From Aplysia californica (taxonomy: Eukaryota), in contig NW_004798121.1 in the NCBI RefSeq assembly GCF_000002075.1, forward strand, positions 229,569-293,568: a stretch of DNA of 64,000 nucleotides, in the 5' to 3' direction. How positions within the stretch are numbered: the first letter of the stretch is position 1; each line of letters opens with the position of its first letter. The translations under genes were made by a program, and so were the position numbers. The notes below the pieces were generated by a model. That model searched no databases, was not told where the DNA came from, and saw only the letters and a program-made list of their open reading frames with translations. Positions 20,396 through 32,523 of the stretch are shown here, piece by piece.

Positions 20396-22459
20396 GCTCT
20401 CTCACACTCTCTCTTTCATACACAAACACCCACACACAACACAGACAAACATACACTCACAGACTACTTCTAATGGCATGTAATATAGACAGATCACCTG
20501 TGAACACATACAGAGGGACTGCATGTCAAGATGTTGGAAGATTTTTATAGCCACTTCCCGAGGTACTGTGGTGTCAAAAAATGGTATCTCATTTATCTCA
20601 TCCTGTGAAAAGCAAAACAATCATTGAGTTATATAACAAATATATAGTTCTAATGTGCTTGATGTATTTTCCACATCATTAAATTTTAAGTACTTTTTCA
20701 CAGTACATTAATATATCATTTTACGACATTCGTAAAAATATAAACCTAATAGGGCAGAGGTACAAGACAGTATTTCGAGCTAGTCCAGACCATTGGTCCA
20801 ACCCAACCATTTAAATCCCTAAATTCAAGCAATTATAAAGTGATTAGCTGTTGTTCAAGAGAATTATTTTTGGTGAGATTTAACAGATATGGACCTCCTT
20901 TTATATTTTTACCATTAGTATGATAACTGTGTCACTTATCAATATTTGCTATACAGTCAAACCCCGTTATATAACCACCAACCTTGAGACAGGCATGAAG
21001 TTGGCAGTACAGCCAGGGCTGGCGGTATACCTAGATCGTTACCAATTGCCATCTTGACCAACTCAGTGGCTGACTGGTGGTAAAGACTAGACAAACTATG
21101 GTCAGTCTAAATCTGTCTTGCGCAATTGCCATGCATAGTAGGAGAAAACGAGTAGAAACCAATGTATACCAGCTCCATTTGAATTTTATGTAAATTCCAA
21201 TAGAAAACTTCTGCTGGATCAGAAGCTAGGCAACAATGTCAAGGACCCTATATATATATAGAAGGGGTTTTTTTACTAACAAGACACTTGTCAGACCTCG
21301 GGCCGCCTCAAACCCTTCACACAGACTTAACTTAAAAGCTAGAGTCCTCAAAATGTAAAAGCCTCACAGGCATCTTATTCCAGCCTTTTGTTCATTGTGC
21401 TGATATCTGACGATGCCAGTTCCTCAGGCATTTCTCCAGACAACAAAATTAATTTCCGTTTTTTAAATATCGACCAAACCCTAAAGATATAGAATTTTCA
21501 TAATCAGCACAAACCATGAAGTCAACAACAAACGCTAGAAATAGACATAGCTTGCAGAGACATGTGTAGGAAAGATCAGATATCATGCAGCCATCAAATG
21601 GGTGCCATATGCGCCTAGTGCAGTTTGTACTTTACACTTCTCACTCTGATGGCCAACTCGCTGGGCAAATTTACATTAAAATTTATAAGGGCCGTACAAA
21701 TCAGACAGTTTGATGATGGCAGTGTAAAGACAGAAATAATATTTTTACATGCTTTCCTTTTCATACGTTATTATAGATATGAAAAGTCCGAAGTAAAGAA
21801 AATTTCATTGAAAGCGAAACTGAACTAGACTTCTATAAAAAACAAATTTTACCTACCAAGTCTGCAATGAAAATGTCCAATAATCGTTTCTCAGACGTTG
21901 ACTGCTGATTCTTCTCTGCATCATTATCTTTCCTCGTCAGCTTAGTCTTTTTCTCAGGCTGGTGTCCCGCCTTATTAGGCTTTGGAGAATCTGTCACAAA
22001 ATATTTCCTTTTGCAATATGTTAAATTAGGCCTGACTTTCACCCCTTTTGCTCTTTGAGGATCACTTTTCTTCCTTTTGGGAGCTTCATTAAGAAACTTT
22101 GTTAAGATTTGGAATGGATAATACTCGTGAGCATCAGCACCAGCAGAGGTGCTGTTATTGTTAGCTGCACTCTGAGAATTGAAATTGAAACCGTCACACG
22201 ATGCATCAGGACTGGAATCTCCGTCAATGTGCCCACTCTGATTTTGACTTGGTAATGAAGGAAAGGCATTTGTTTTAAATTCAAGATTTTGTGGCTTATC
22301 ATTACCAAGTTCAAACTGATAAAACTGCCCGCTGTTGTTGTCTGCGCTGAGGCCATCACTGTCAGTATCACCACCACCACTCTTCGTCTTTTGTTGTCCC
22401 AATTCTTTTTTCCATTGCTGGCGAAATTGTTCAAGATCGTTGGATCCTGAAGCAGCCAT
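8596..22459 (-). CDS. FBXW8: F-box/WD repeat protein 8, 719 aa; exons (5'->3') 22459-21857, 20602-20498, 19071-18907, 18420-18332, 17223-17048, 16525-16320, 15736-15581, 14649-14545, 14073-13946, 13126-12950, 9873-9766, 8737-8596
   Basis: All GT-AG with consistent phases (2160 nt). N-terminal DLEQFRQQWKKEL; F-box DLDEINEIPFFDTTVPREVAIKIFQHLD..CSQVSRSWHSLANDELLW; WD40 repeats (GHTWVISCMD, GHIAKVTCVQMDEWKIVSG); C-terminus RYRGTVQVYDF..YNIGLAMPYDAL*. These parallel the vertebrate FBXW8 motifs. Confidence 0.92.
10230..10620 (-). mobile_element. tRNA-headed SINE family B with a nested 132-bp insert
   Basis: Homologous to 32330-32523 and 58970-59153. Insert 10411-10542 is flanked by the direct repeat AATGTTCTCT. 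Confidence 0.7.
10927..12523. mobile_element. Non-autonomous DNA transposon, about 1.6 kb, with 20-bp TIRs
   Basis: CTGTCCTCAGAGAAAGTTGC (10927-10946) vs GCAAATTTCTCTGAGGACAG (12504-12523), 19/20 match. AAAGTTGC subterminal repeats at both ends. No TSD or transposase seen. Confidence 0.7.
12675..12945 (+). mobile_element. Headless short retroposon family C with a duplicated 3' tail
   Basis: GTTGGCAGGTGCTCTGGTGTGGTTTGCTCC.. body, then two copies of ATCTTC.GCACTTATATG.CC..GTGTTGCA..AAAACT. Confidence 0.75.
15270..15512 (+). mobile_element. 5'-truncated SINE family A copy ending in an expanded (TTA)n tail
   Basis: Shares TTGCAC..GAGAATGTTTCTGAGT..GTCTGCTG..TTGTAAAG..ATGCAATTATT with family A. 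Confidence 0.6.
19427..20361. other. Assembly gap (N run) in FBXW8 intron 2
   Basis: N run. The flanking exons join in frame (..CSQ|VSRSW), so no exon is required inside it. Confidence 0.99.
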
Positions 22460-22900
22460 TTTTGCTGACAAAAACTAGATATCTAGATCTAGATCTACCT
22501 GAACGACATATTCTATTCTAACAATTAGGCAAAGCTTCAATACTAGTGGCATCTACGGTTTGTATTTTAGTGCAAGCCTAGGGGTATTAGGGTAAAAGTG
22601 AAGAGAAGACCAGAGAGGGCTGGGTCGTATTGTTGATGATTGGCAAGAGCAACTAAAAACGAGAGTAATCCCCCGTTATTTTATTTGTAAAACATGGAAT
22701 TAACTACGGATTTTGATACGCACGGAACGAAATATCAGAAAATAGCAACAAAATTGATGAACGGACCGACAAGCATCTTCGGCAGCCTGCATATTATAAA
22801 TACAGCACTGGGCAAGTCAGCCTACTCCCCCTGCCTCAAGTTCACCAAGATATAGATCTAGATCTAGAGCCTACTAAGCATTTTAGGTATTAAAACCAGT
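22460..22900. promoter_or_regulatory. Putative bidirectional promoter of FBXW8 (-) and SIRT4 (+)
   Basis: FBXW8 ATG at 22459 in an AAAATGGC context. The first SIRT4 coding exon is preceded by a splice acceptor (about 24424/24430), so an upstream non-coding exon is implied. Inverted CCAAT (ATTGG) near 22639-22643. CTAGAT tracts on both sides. Confidence 0.45.
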
Positions 22901-23149
22901 TTTTCATAATATCCCCACCTGACCGTGACAATCGATTACTTGATCTTACACCCTTTTTCTTTCACTTTCACTAAACTACTAAACTACTCATTTATGTAAC
23001 ACCATAAAATACAATGTAATAAAACAAAGCCAGGACCTAGACGTTCAGAGGGTAGAACATAATATATAGTAGTATAGGCCAGGACTATTGCAACCATTCC
23101 ATGGGCCATAGCCTATATTAATGTAGGCTATATATAATATGACGTACCT

Positions 23150-23650
23150 AATGACGGCTAGACTATTATTATTAAGCCTGCTGCTAGACTCTAGACTGGC
23201 AGGCTAGCCATACTTTCCTTCCTCCTTCCAAACTATATTGTAAGGAAGAGGAGACGGCTAGACAGCTAATGATGGCTAGACTGACAAACAGCCAAAAATA
23301 GCCTACTGAATTGTAAATGTGCCTTACTGACAGTGCATGTATTTTAAACCTCTGATTACTCATACTCATAGATATGAATGCGACCTGTGTACCCAACAGT
23401 CAGGTTTCTAATTGGGCTTAAAATAAGCATGGCTAGACTGCTTGGCTAGCCGTACTTAATAATGATGACTGAATTATAAATAAAGTTTTAGTTTGCGATA
23501 TCAGAAGTATTTGTCTATTTCAGACGAAAGCAAAAAGATGCCTAATTACTGGAAAATTTTATGCCTGAATTAATTACTAATCTATGAGACCTGTGCACTC
23601 AACAGGTTTTGGTCAATAGGGCCTAAACCTAGATCTATGTACGGGTAGCC
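23150..23650. repeat. Inverted homologue of the 1262-1892 palindromic repeat
   Basis: GCTAGCCGTACTTAAT..ACTGAATT..TTTAGTTTGC..GAGACCTGT..ATAGGGCC.AAACCTAGATCTA is the reverse complement of 1345-1560. Confidence 0.7.
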
Positions 23651-24006
23651 ATTTCGTAAATTAATAGTATAATTAAATACTTTCTCTGTCATTATCTATA
23701 GACTTTAGAGTAGAGCTTTAGGGTAGGGGTCTACTATAAATAATGGGAGAGAAGAAGTTGGTCCTGGCTGGTCTGTGACTGTGGGGAGAAACCAGACTGA
23801 AATAATTTGTCATAGTAAAGAAGGCCTTAAGACTATACTATCATTATCATGATGTAAATACTGTGACACATATATATTTAAATTTAAATAAAAATTATAA
23901 TATGTAGCGATCATTTCTATAGGGCCCACTCCCGTGTGAACACAGCTCTAGGCGCTTTATACATAAAATATAAATATAATGCATGCCATATATATACAAA
24001 AACAAT

Positions 24007-24009
<3 letters not shown>

Positions 24010-24065
<56 letters not shown>

Positions 24066-24066
24066 C
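24010..24066. repeat. (CA)n microsatellite
   Basis: Read directly. Confidence 0.9.
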
Positions 24067-24590
24067 ATAAATGATACCTACCACCATGCACATGCTTACA
24101 CATCGTTACGAAATGAGCACATAAATAGAACATAACATTGTACTGAATATGAATCTACTGTAATAAAAATGATTTATTAAATGTGCTCAAGAATTGAAAT
24201 TCAAGTCTAGTCTAGAGCCAGGTTTAGTAGTAAGCTTCAGTCTAAGAAGAGAATCTAGAGCTATTATTCTGATCTTATTAGCTTTTATACACTTAGTTGA
24301 GAAGTTTTTAAATCATGTGTATTATGAATGCTGGATTTGTAGTTGGATTTGCTATGAGTCATGGTCTGGAACTTAGTCATCTGGATGTCATGTTGACACA
24401 TTCTTTGCTTTGCATTCCTTTCAGTTTTAGAGTTGAAGTTGAACTACCAGTCTGCTGAGTCAACCAGCATCATTGTTTGTGGTTGGGCTCCTCATTGACA
24501 TTGAAACAGGCAAGTTAATGGGAGTCACATTTTCAAAGACAGCTTAAACTGGCAAGGTGAATACTTCAATACACGTAAATTTAACGAAAA

Positions 24591-27500
24591 ATGGGATTAA
24601 TTGCCCACCAATTTACCAAAAGACATTGTGTACTGACTTGTTGGCAGATATATCATAGCTGTGCTAAGATAAGAAACTTCCACAAATCCTCAGACAGTTT
24701 ATGCTCAGTCGGTGTAGCAAACAAATTCGTACCTGAATGTAGGAACGTCTCAGAAGTGGACCTGCAAAATTTGCAAGAGTTTCTGAATACACACAGGAAT
24801 CTGTTCATTCTAACAGGAGCAGGAATTTCAACTGAAAGTGGTATACCAGATTACAGGTCGGAAGGAGTGGGGCTTTATGCAACCAGTACCACTCGACCCG
24901 TACAATATGCAGATTTTCTCAAAAGTGCAGATATTCGAAAGCGGTATTGGGCTCGAAACTATGTCGGCTGGCCAAGATTTTCTTCCTTCCAACCAAATGC
25001 GGCTCATTACATTCTCAGTGATTGGGAGAGGAAGGGGCGAGTGCATTGGTTGGTGACACAAAACGTTGATGCCCTTCACTTCAAAGCCGGATCGCAGCAT
25101 GTGACTGAACTCCACGGCAGCGCTCATCGTGTTGTCTGTCTCTCTTGCTCGTTGAAACTCTCCAGACACTCTATGCAGAAGATGATCAAGGATCAAAATC
25201 CTGGATGGGTTGCTGAGGCGGATGCTGTCCGGCCTGATGGTGATGTGAACCTCGAGTCAGAGAAAGTCAAAAGTTTTCAGGTGAGCCTTGGTATTTTATT
25301 TTAAGCTGCTGCTGTCTTAGACACCTGCTTAAGTGCTGAAACCTGAATTATAATGTGGGAACTGTACGGAATAAACATTCTACGTGTGAATTTAAGCATT
25401 TTTGGTCTTATTGGAGACTGATAATGTTAAATTTAGAGGCCCCTCTTCCTCGAGTGTTGAAAGGAGTGCTAAACTTCTAAACAACTTGGCTGCAGGATTG
25501 GTGATTTTTTTATTTTTTTTAAGCAACTGCAATTTTAGAAAGCCTTTTTAATCTGCTATATCAGTGAATTATGGCTACAGACAAAAAATGAAGAAAATGT
25601 CAGTCTAAAAGGAAGGGGGGGGGGGGGGGTAATTATGCATAGATAAACTTGCATTTTATTTTTATTACAGTGTGTGTGTGAGCACACGCTTGTGTTTGTC
25701 TGAAAAAGAAAAAGAAAATGCTAATTTCAATTATGAAAAAAAAGTAAATTGAATACTGTATTATTTTACTACTTACAGTGACAGGGGGGGAAAGCACACT
25801 TCTAAGCAATTTTAGTCTACTAAACCTTATATCTGTTTTATAAAACCAAGGAAAGGAATTCTGAATGTTTAAAGATGTAAAAACAGAAAACATTTTTTTA
25901 AAGTGATTTAAATCACTGAGTTTTATTTTTAAAATCAAGTTGATTTAAATTTTAAAAAATCAACTGATTTAAATCGACCCGATTTAAATCAACCCAACCC
26001 TGGTTTTCAAGTATGAAAAAAAAGTAAATTGAGAACTGTATTATTTTACAGTGACAGGGGGGAAAGCAGACTTTTAAGCATGATTATATTAGTCTACTAA
26101 ACCTTATATCCGTTTAAAATGAAACCAAGGAAAGGAATTCTGAAAGTTTAAATATGTAAAAACTGAATACAGTTTTTTGAAAAGTGATTTAAATCACTGA
26201 TTTTTATTTTAAAAATCAAATTGATTAAAAAAAATTTTTAATCAACTGATTTAAATCAACCCAGCTCTGATTTCAATTATGGAAAAAAAAGTAAATTGAA
26301 TACTGTATTATTTTACAGTGAAAAGGGGGGAAATCAGACTTTTAAGCATGATTATATTAGTCTACTAAACCTTATATCTGTTTTATGAAACCAAGGAAAG
26401 GAATTCTGAATGTTGAAATGTGTAAAAACCTAATAAAAATAAAAAAATTTTAAAGTGATTTAAATCACTGATTTTTATTTTAAAAATCAAGTTGATTTAA
26501 ATAAAAAAAATCAACTGATTTAAATCAACTCAACCCTGCTTGGCTGTTCAACGTAATGCAAATTAGTTGAACCATCCAATCTTGTGTGTGCGTATGATAG
26601 TTTTACTTGTTGCTTTTTTTGTTTCTATTGTATTAACAAAGCTCCATTTCATGATTTTAGATTTGGGAAGTTTTTTTAATGCAATGTGATATTATGAAAA
26701 AAAAGCAATGTAAGTCCGCAAATTTATGGTGAGGATAATTTTGATTTTGTCAGTTGGTTTCTTTGGAGAGTGTGAAATGAATACCATTATCACTTTGTCC
26801 TCTTACAAATGTATACCTTTGCCACATTATTCAATGTAATGTTCTTTTCCAAGTCTCCCAGTGGGTGGGTGGCGGGTGCTCTTGTGTAGTCTGCTATTTC
26901 TTTCCTATTCAAACATCTATTGTCCTTCTCTCCCCTCCTTCTTTTCTGTGTTTGTTACTCTCTTGTAACACCTCTAATCTTTGGCACTTATATGACCTTA
27001 TGTGTTCTGTTAGTGCCATAAAACTCTTACAGTATTCAAACTGAGTCACCCAAATAGTTCTGTATAAATTTGTGCGATCAATGCTCCAATGGGGGCACAA
27101 ATAAAATTTTGAAAGGTATCTTTATCAGTTTCTCGCACTATGCCAGACCAGACTAGACTCTTGGTTGACATGTCATATGGACAGGAAAGTGTAAGCAGAA
27201 GAAAAGTCGTATGTGGCACCGACAAAAGGTGCCACCTCTCTGCCATTGAGGTAATGATATAATGATATCATGTAATATATATATGTTGTGGCACTCATTG
27301 ATGTACCTAAAAAAAAGGAGATTACTCTCTATGGTGGCACCCCATTAGTTGACCAGGGTCAAGTTGTATCCCTTTTGATGAAACGGCAACATGTCCCTGA
27401 CTCTATTGCTCACAATCACATGCGCTTTTTGGGCCAGTTTAAACTTCTTCCTACGTAATAAAGAAATAATGCATTATAGTGTGGAGATAGCTAGCATAAT

Positions 27501-30500
27501 AAGCTGAGCGCCAGGTGACAAAGTGCAAAGTTAGAGTTGATCCAGGAATTTGGATTTCTGAAATTGTTGGGATTTCGTGGACTGCTTAATATAAGATGTA
27601 ACAGACAGTATGATTAGTAAATTTTGAGATCTCGTGGGTACTTTTCCACAAGTTTCATATAGATTCTTTTTTTTTTTTTGCGATGTCTGTTGCCATCTCT
27701 TGAGAGGGGGAAAAAAATTTAAGTTCCCTAAGTTCATCCTCTTGACTAGTCTCTTTATCTCTTTCAATTCAACTTTAAGTTCTTACCTAATGCTGTTCGG
27801 CACTCAAAGGGTACGGAGGCAAACTTTAGAGGTGGTCTTCAATGGATAGAGTAACCAATGAAAGTAAAACTTGCTGCAGAAAATCCAGAGTTCAGAATGG
27901 ATTTGAACCATTTGAACTGGGGTTATTGTCATCTTCATAATCCGGGTCTCGTACTTGCTTTTCTGACTCAGTGCTTTGATAAAAAGCTTTTTTGCCAATT
28001 TCAGTCTTTTGAAGATGCAATCAAAATGTCCAAGATAGGCACCCATTGTCGAGGAAAAAAATGGTTGTGTTAGACAAGTAAAAGTAAAGGGTCGAAATAG
28101 TAAGTGGTCTTTTGTGTCGTGGACAGATGGCCATAAGCAGGTTCGACTGTATATCGTTACAGATATTTTCTATTTGTTTTAGTAAGGTTTTACTGCGCTT
28201 GCAACTGCATAAGGTCATATGACGGCCAAGTAGTGGATATCAACAGAGAAGTCCAAACGGAGAATCGCGCTTACTCTGGTCACCCCTCTAGCCTCAACAG
28301 CTCAAAGTCTGCTTCGACTATCAAGGCATCCCGGAAATAGCTGTTCACAGGAGAGTGACAAACATATATATAAAAGAAGTGGAGGAAAAGTGATGCTAGT
28401 AAGGATGAGGAAATAAAAAGCAGCTGTTCCCCCGCCCTATGTTGTTTGGGCACAGTATGAGCATGACATTGATAAAGCAGCCCATTTTCAATTCTATGTT
28501 AATATACCCCCTTTGGGAATGGCCTTATCTTATATTGCTAGAATGTACATATACAAAGTAAAGCTATCTTTTATTGCTTTTGCAGGTCCCTCCGTGTCCC
28601 AGCTGCGGGGGTGTCTTGAAGCCAGAGATTACATTTTTTGGAGATAACGTGCCCAAGGATACTGTACATTTTGTGCTGGACAAGATGTTTAAATCAGACG
28701 CCCTGCTTGTGATTGGATCTTCATTAGAGGTGTGTCATATTGACCTAATTAATACTTTTCAGGGGGGGGGGGGATATTTTTGTTAAGAGTGTTCGAGTCC
28801 AGTATTTTGGACTCAAGTCCGAATATTTAGTAAACTGCAGTGAGTACTCGACGACTTGAATCAGCTTCTTTTTTTTTTTGACAGTCCCAATCTATAATCA
28901 TAGCTTTGGTTCATTCTGACTATTGCTTTTATATATTTTATGTTCAAGTGTGTATTATTCAGTTCCTACTTTTTATTTGAATATGAAATACTCATCAAAA
29001 GAGTAAGCCTGCTTAGTTTAACTACAGTATGGCCTCTTTGGTGTATTTTAAGTTACATTCAAGACAATAAAAGTTCAAGAAAAATGAATTTGTACCAGGG
29101 TTGTTCACGTTGAAACTCAGCAAGATATCAACTATCATTACTGAGCTAACAGTGTAAACTTTTTAATAAGTAAAAAGTACCTTGCTTTGGGTTTACATAA
29201 AGAAGAAACAGCATAGAAGTTTTTAAAAGACAGAACTAAACACCTTTTTGTAGAATCACCAGGTAACAAAAAATGAGGAAAAATCTTTTTTTTCATGTGC
29301 TCTTGTTCAATATAAATTTTGCAATAACAGCGCTTTGTACAGATTTTGAGTGCTTAATCTCTCAACAGGTGTGGTATTTGCCTGTCAACTCAGAGGTCCA
29401 GAGTTTGGTCCTCAGTAGCATCAGGGTTTTTCCATCTCATATTTTCTACACACTGTGATCCTTTGGTTGATAGCATGGGCAAAAGAATGTGAAAATCAGG
29501 AGGTTGAAAAGTGCACAAGAAGTTGAACAGATGAGCAGGCAGCCATTGCTGGTGAAGAATGTGATCAGTATCATCAGGAAAGGGTTCAGCTGTCATTACA
29601 AAATAGTCATAGTTAATGAAAACTACATTCTCATGATTGGAGTTTGTGGTTGTTTTCTCTTATGTTTTTGCGAAAAAATACTTTAGAGTTGTAGTGCTAT
29701 GATGTGCACAGTTGAACAGTTCACCAATGTCAAGTGAAGACTTGAAGACTCAAGGTTAAAAGAACTGAAAGAAACATGTTTGCTTAAGTAAGATATGTTC
29801 GAGAAAAAATACAGAGTGAGTCCGCTTAAACCGAGTGCTATTAATTAAAAAAACAGCAGTAATAATAATTAATAATAATTGCATTTATATAGCGCATATC
29901 CATGCTCAAGAGCATGCTCTATGCGCTTTACAAGTATTATTACCCCCAGCAGACCCTCTGAGAACACACAGAAACATTCTCAGCTTCCGCGAAAGCATAC
30001 AGTGCAAGCTGCGGATTTCATGTGCTCAAACACTATCAGACTGACAAGATCGTTCACTGTCTATAGGCGGGTACCCATTTCCACCTGGGTGAAGTGAGGA
30101 AAATTTGTGCAAAGTGCCTTTCCCAAGGACACTACGTCGGGCCCCTGACGGGATTCAAACCCACGACCTTACAGTTGCGAGTCCGAGAGCCTAACCAGTA
30201 GGCCACCGACGCCACAGTAAACCAAAAGAAAATGAAATCTCCAATTTAAAAAAAATTCTATTTGAGAAACCTTTGTAAACTAAAAACTCGGCTAAACCGA
30301 AGAAAATCCGGCTGTCCTGCATGTTTTGATTTAAGCAGACTCCAATGTATTTTTGCTTATATCAGAATATTGTTATTAATGGGATGTATGTGTTTTTCCC
30401 CAGGTCTACTCTGGTTTCCGATTCATCAACAGAGCTAGCAGTCATGGTATGGAGATTGCTATTCTGAATATCGGCGGCACACGGGGCGACAAGCATGCCA

Positions 30501-30553
30501 CCATCAAAGTCAGTGGGAGAATCGGAGATGTGTTACAACAGCTCACAGTGTAA
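24591..30553 (+). CDS. SIRT4: NAD-dependent mitochondrial sirtuin 4 (class II), 327 aa; exons 24591-25280, 28586-28729, 30404-30553
   Basis: GT-AG phase-0 introns (984 nt). Motifs TGAGISTESGIPDYRSEGVGLY, RKRYWARNYVGWPRF, TQNVDALH, ELHG, two CxxC pairs, SIRT4-type RPDGDV, KPEITFFGDNV, GSSLEVYSGFRF, NIGGTRGD. Confidence 0.96.
25724..26538. repeat. Three tandem units of about 270-280 bp, each ending in a hAT-like terminus (GATTTAAATC repeats plus CAACCCTG-like end)
   Basis: Units at about 25724-26001, 26002-26270 and 26271-26538 align throughout. Confidence 0.8.
26861..27030 (+). mobile_element. Headless short retroposon family C
   Basis: GTGGGTGGGTGGCGGGTGCTCT start, TATATGACCTTATGTG..GTGCCATAAAACTC tail. 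Confidence 0.75.
28173..28524 (-). mobile_element. Headless short retroposon family D (about 350 bp)
   Basis: Aligns along its length with 40378-40743 and 49140-49478. 3' tail shared with family C. Confidence 0.8.
29860..30216 (-). mobile_element. tRNA-headed SINE family A (full length)
   Basis: A and B boxes, CORE-like middle, 3' tail GTAAAGCGCATAGAGC..ATGCGCTATATAAATGCAATTATTATT. Confidence 0.88.
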
Positions 30554-31808
30554 TGAATTTCTTTAATGTATTTATGAATGTTTCTGCAATAAGTTTGCTC
30601 ATAATGCGTGTCAAGGGTTTCTCTTAAAACAGCTTTTCCAGAGATCAGGAAACACTGTTTAACGTTACTACTACTTGTTGTTACTTCTCTGCTAGAACGG
30701 GTGTCATTGGCCACAGCCGAAGCAGAAGTATCTTAACCCTTATTTCTTCAGTGTCACTAAAAATATATTCTTCATCTTCGAGCCCCGTAAAACCTTACTA
30801 AAACTTTTAAAAACTAAGCAGATGCATTGATCAGACATTGATGGACGAAATATTGTTATTGTTACCTGTTGTTACATGTTCTCAGACAAAGATGGAATAC
30901 ATTTTGGCTTAGTTAATCAGTATGGCTGTGATACTCTTGAGTGAGAGAATCGTACATTTATTGTTGGAATATTTATCTCGATAATAAATAATGCGTTGCT
31001 ATTTTAAGAAATGAACACAGAGTACTTCTTGGTTCCTTTGTGCTGTCCCATTTTTCAACTTGTAATTGTAATGTGTATATAAAATTTACAAAGGAAGGTT
31101 ACGACAAGCCGGTTACTTCTCTACCCCTCCCCCGGCATATGTCATATATATGCCCTTTTAAGAACACATTTTATTGTGGATTTCAGATTACTGTTTACCC
31201 CGACTGGCTTCAAGGCGAGTTTAACACTTTACCCCACAGGACGCTCATCAGCGACCATAAGATTAGAAGCCACCTCTTCCTCCCACCAGAAGCAAATCAG
31301 CAATGGTGTGAATAGCAATAAAAAATGTAGGAATGATCTCCATCTAGACACACGCACTTGTTTAAGTTATAGTTTCCTTTCTGAATGGCTTGTATGGCCT
31401 TTGAAGGCGAAAATCAGTTTGGTTACAACAACTGGAGTAAATTTGTTTTTTTTCTTAATGTCGATTAGAGCTGGCATGAGTGCTGCACTTTACTCTGACA
31501 TCATGGTGAGAATTTAGTTGATGAATGTGCTGGATATGTTTTCAGTTCCAATTCTAATTTCTTTTTCGGTAAACATGCGATCATCACATTCAATATTCTC
31601 AATGTGATGAAAGTGTAATGATTGTGGTGCTTTTGCCGAGATACAGATATATATATGTATAGTTAAGTACTGATGTACCCCTTCTGCATCCTGGTTCGTT
31701 GGGACAAAGGTTGTGGGTGGAAAGTGTTGAGTTCACACCACAAAATACAAGTTTTTAACTGATTTTACCACACTGGCCTAAAATATAAGAAAAAAAGTCA
31801 TTTTTGCA

Positions 31809-31904
31809 CAATGGCAGATTAGTGCAGATCTTTCCGCAGTTGTGGATAAGGCGCTAACAATACTTATTCACAACTGCGGAAAAATCTACACTGATCTGCC
31901 ATTG
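31809..31904. repeat. Near-perfect inverted repeat (42-bp arms, 12-nt loop)
   Basis: 31809-31850 vs 31863-31904, 38/42 match, all four differences are transitions. Confidence 0.9.
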
Positions 31905-32329
31905 GGTCATCAAAACTGCGAGACCACAGACAAACCTAATGTCCCCAAGTGCTCGCATTTGTTATAAATGATTTACAGTGGACAACAATAAAACATTCAC
32001 AAAGTCAAATGCTACTCCATAAACATTTTATATTATTCGCCTTTGTTTATTTTGAATTTGAACTTAGTCAAGACACCCATTACACAAACTCATGATGAAT
32101 ACATCTCATTCCAAAATTACTGATGACAACCACGTTCCATTATAAACCTTTTCACAATTAAAATTTCTCTTACAATGAAATTAAAACAAAGGAATCAATG
32201 ACTATAACCACAACAATTAATTTACAAAGAATTTTACACACACACACACACACAAAATAAAAAAAGAGATTCAGTCATGATACTGTACCTCTTTTTTTAA
32301 AATGGTGTTTTAACATCTCCATCCATTTA

Positions 32330-32523
32330 CATTTAGATCATTAGAAGACCGGCTTCCGGCCCTGCCTGTCCTGGCCAACTCAGGCTGAGAAGGATACAAC
32401 ATCTCTCTCAGCAGAAAGACTACTGAGATACTCAATCAAACTTTTCTCCCCACTCAGGAATTGAACTCTGGTCTCCTGTGTGTAACACTCAGCATAGCGC
32501 TCTACCGCTACACCACAGATGCT
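32330..32523 (-). mobile_element. tRNA-headed SINE family B
   Basis: Minus strand reads GCATCTGTGGTGTAGCGGTAGAGCGC..GAGTTCAATTCC (A and B boxes). Homologues at 10.2-10.6, 41.0 and 59.0 kb. Confidence 0.75.

Noticed and set aside
19054-20550. Long ORFs across N runs (also 57.0-57.7 kb and 60.7-61.8 kb)
   Set aside because: Artefacts of translating assembly gaps.
25724-26538. Regularly spaced repeats as a CRISPR-like array (also 1262-1892)
   Set aside because: The units are homologous along their full length, there are no unique spacers or cas genes, and the context is a eukaryotic intron.
31200-31260. Minus-strand CTGATGAG as a hammerhead core
   Set aside because: No stem II or GAAA partner nearby.
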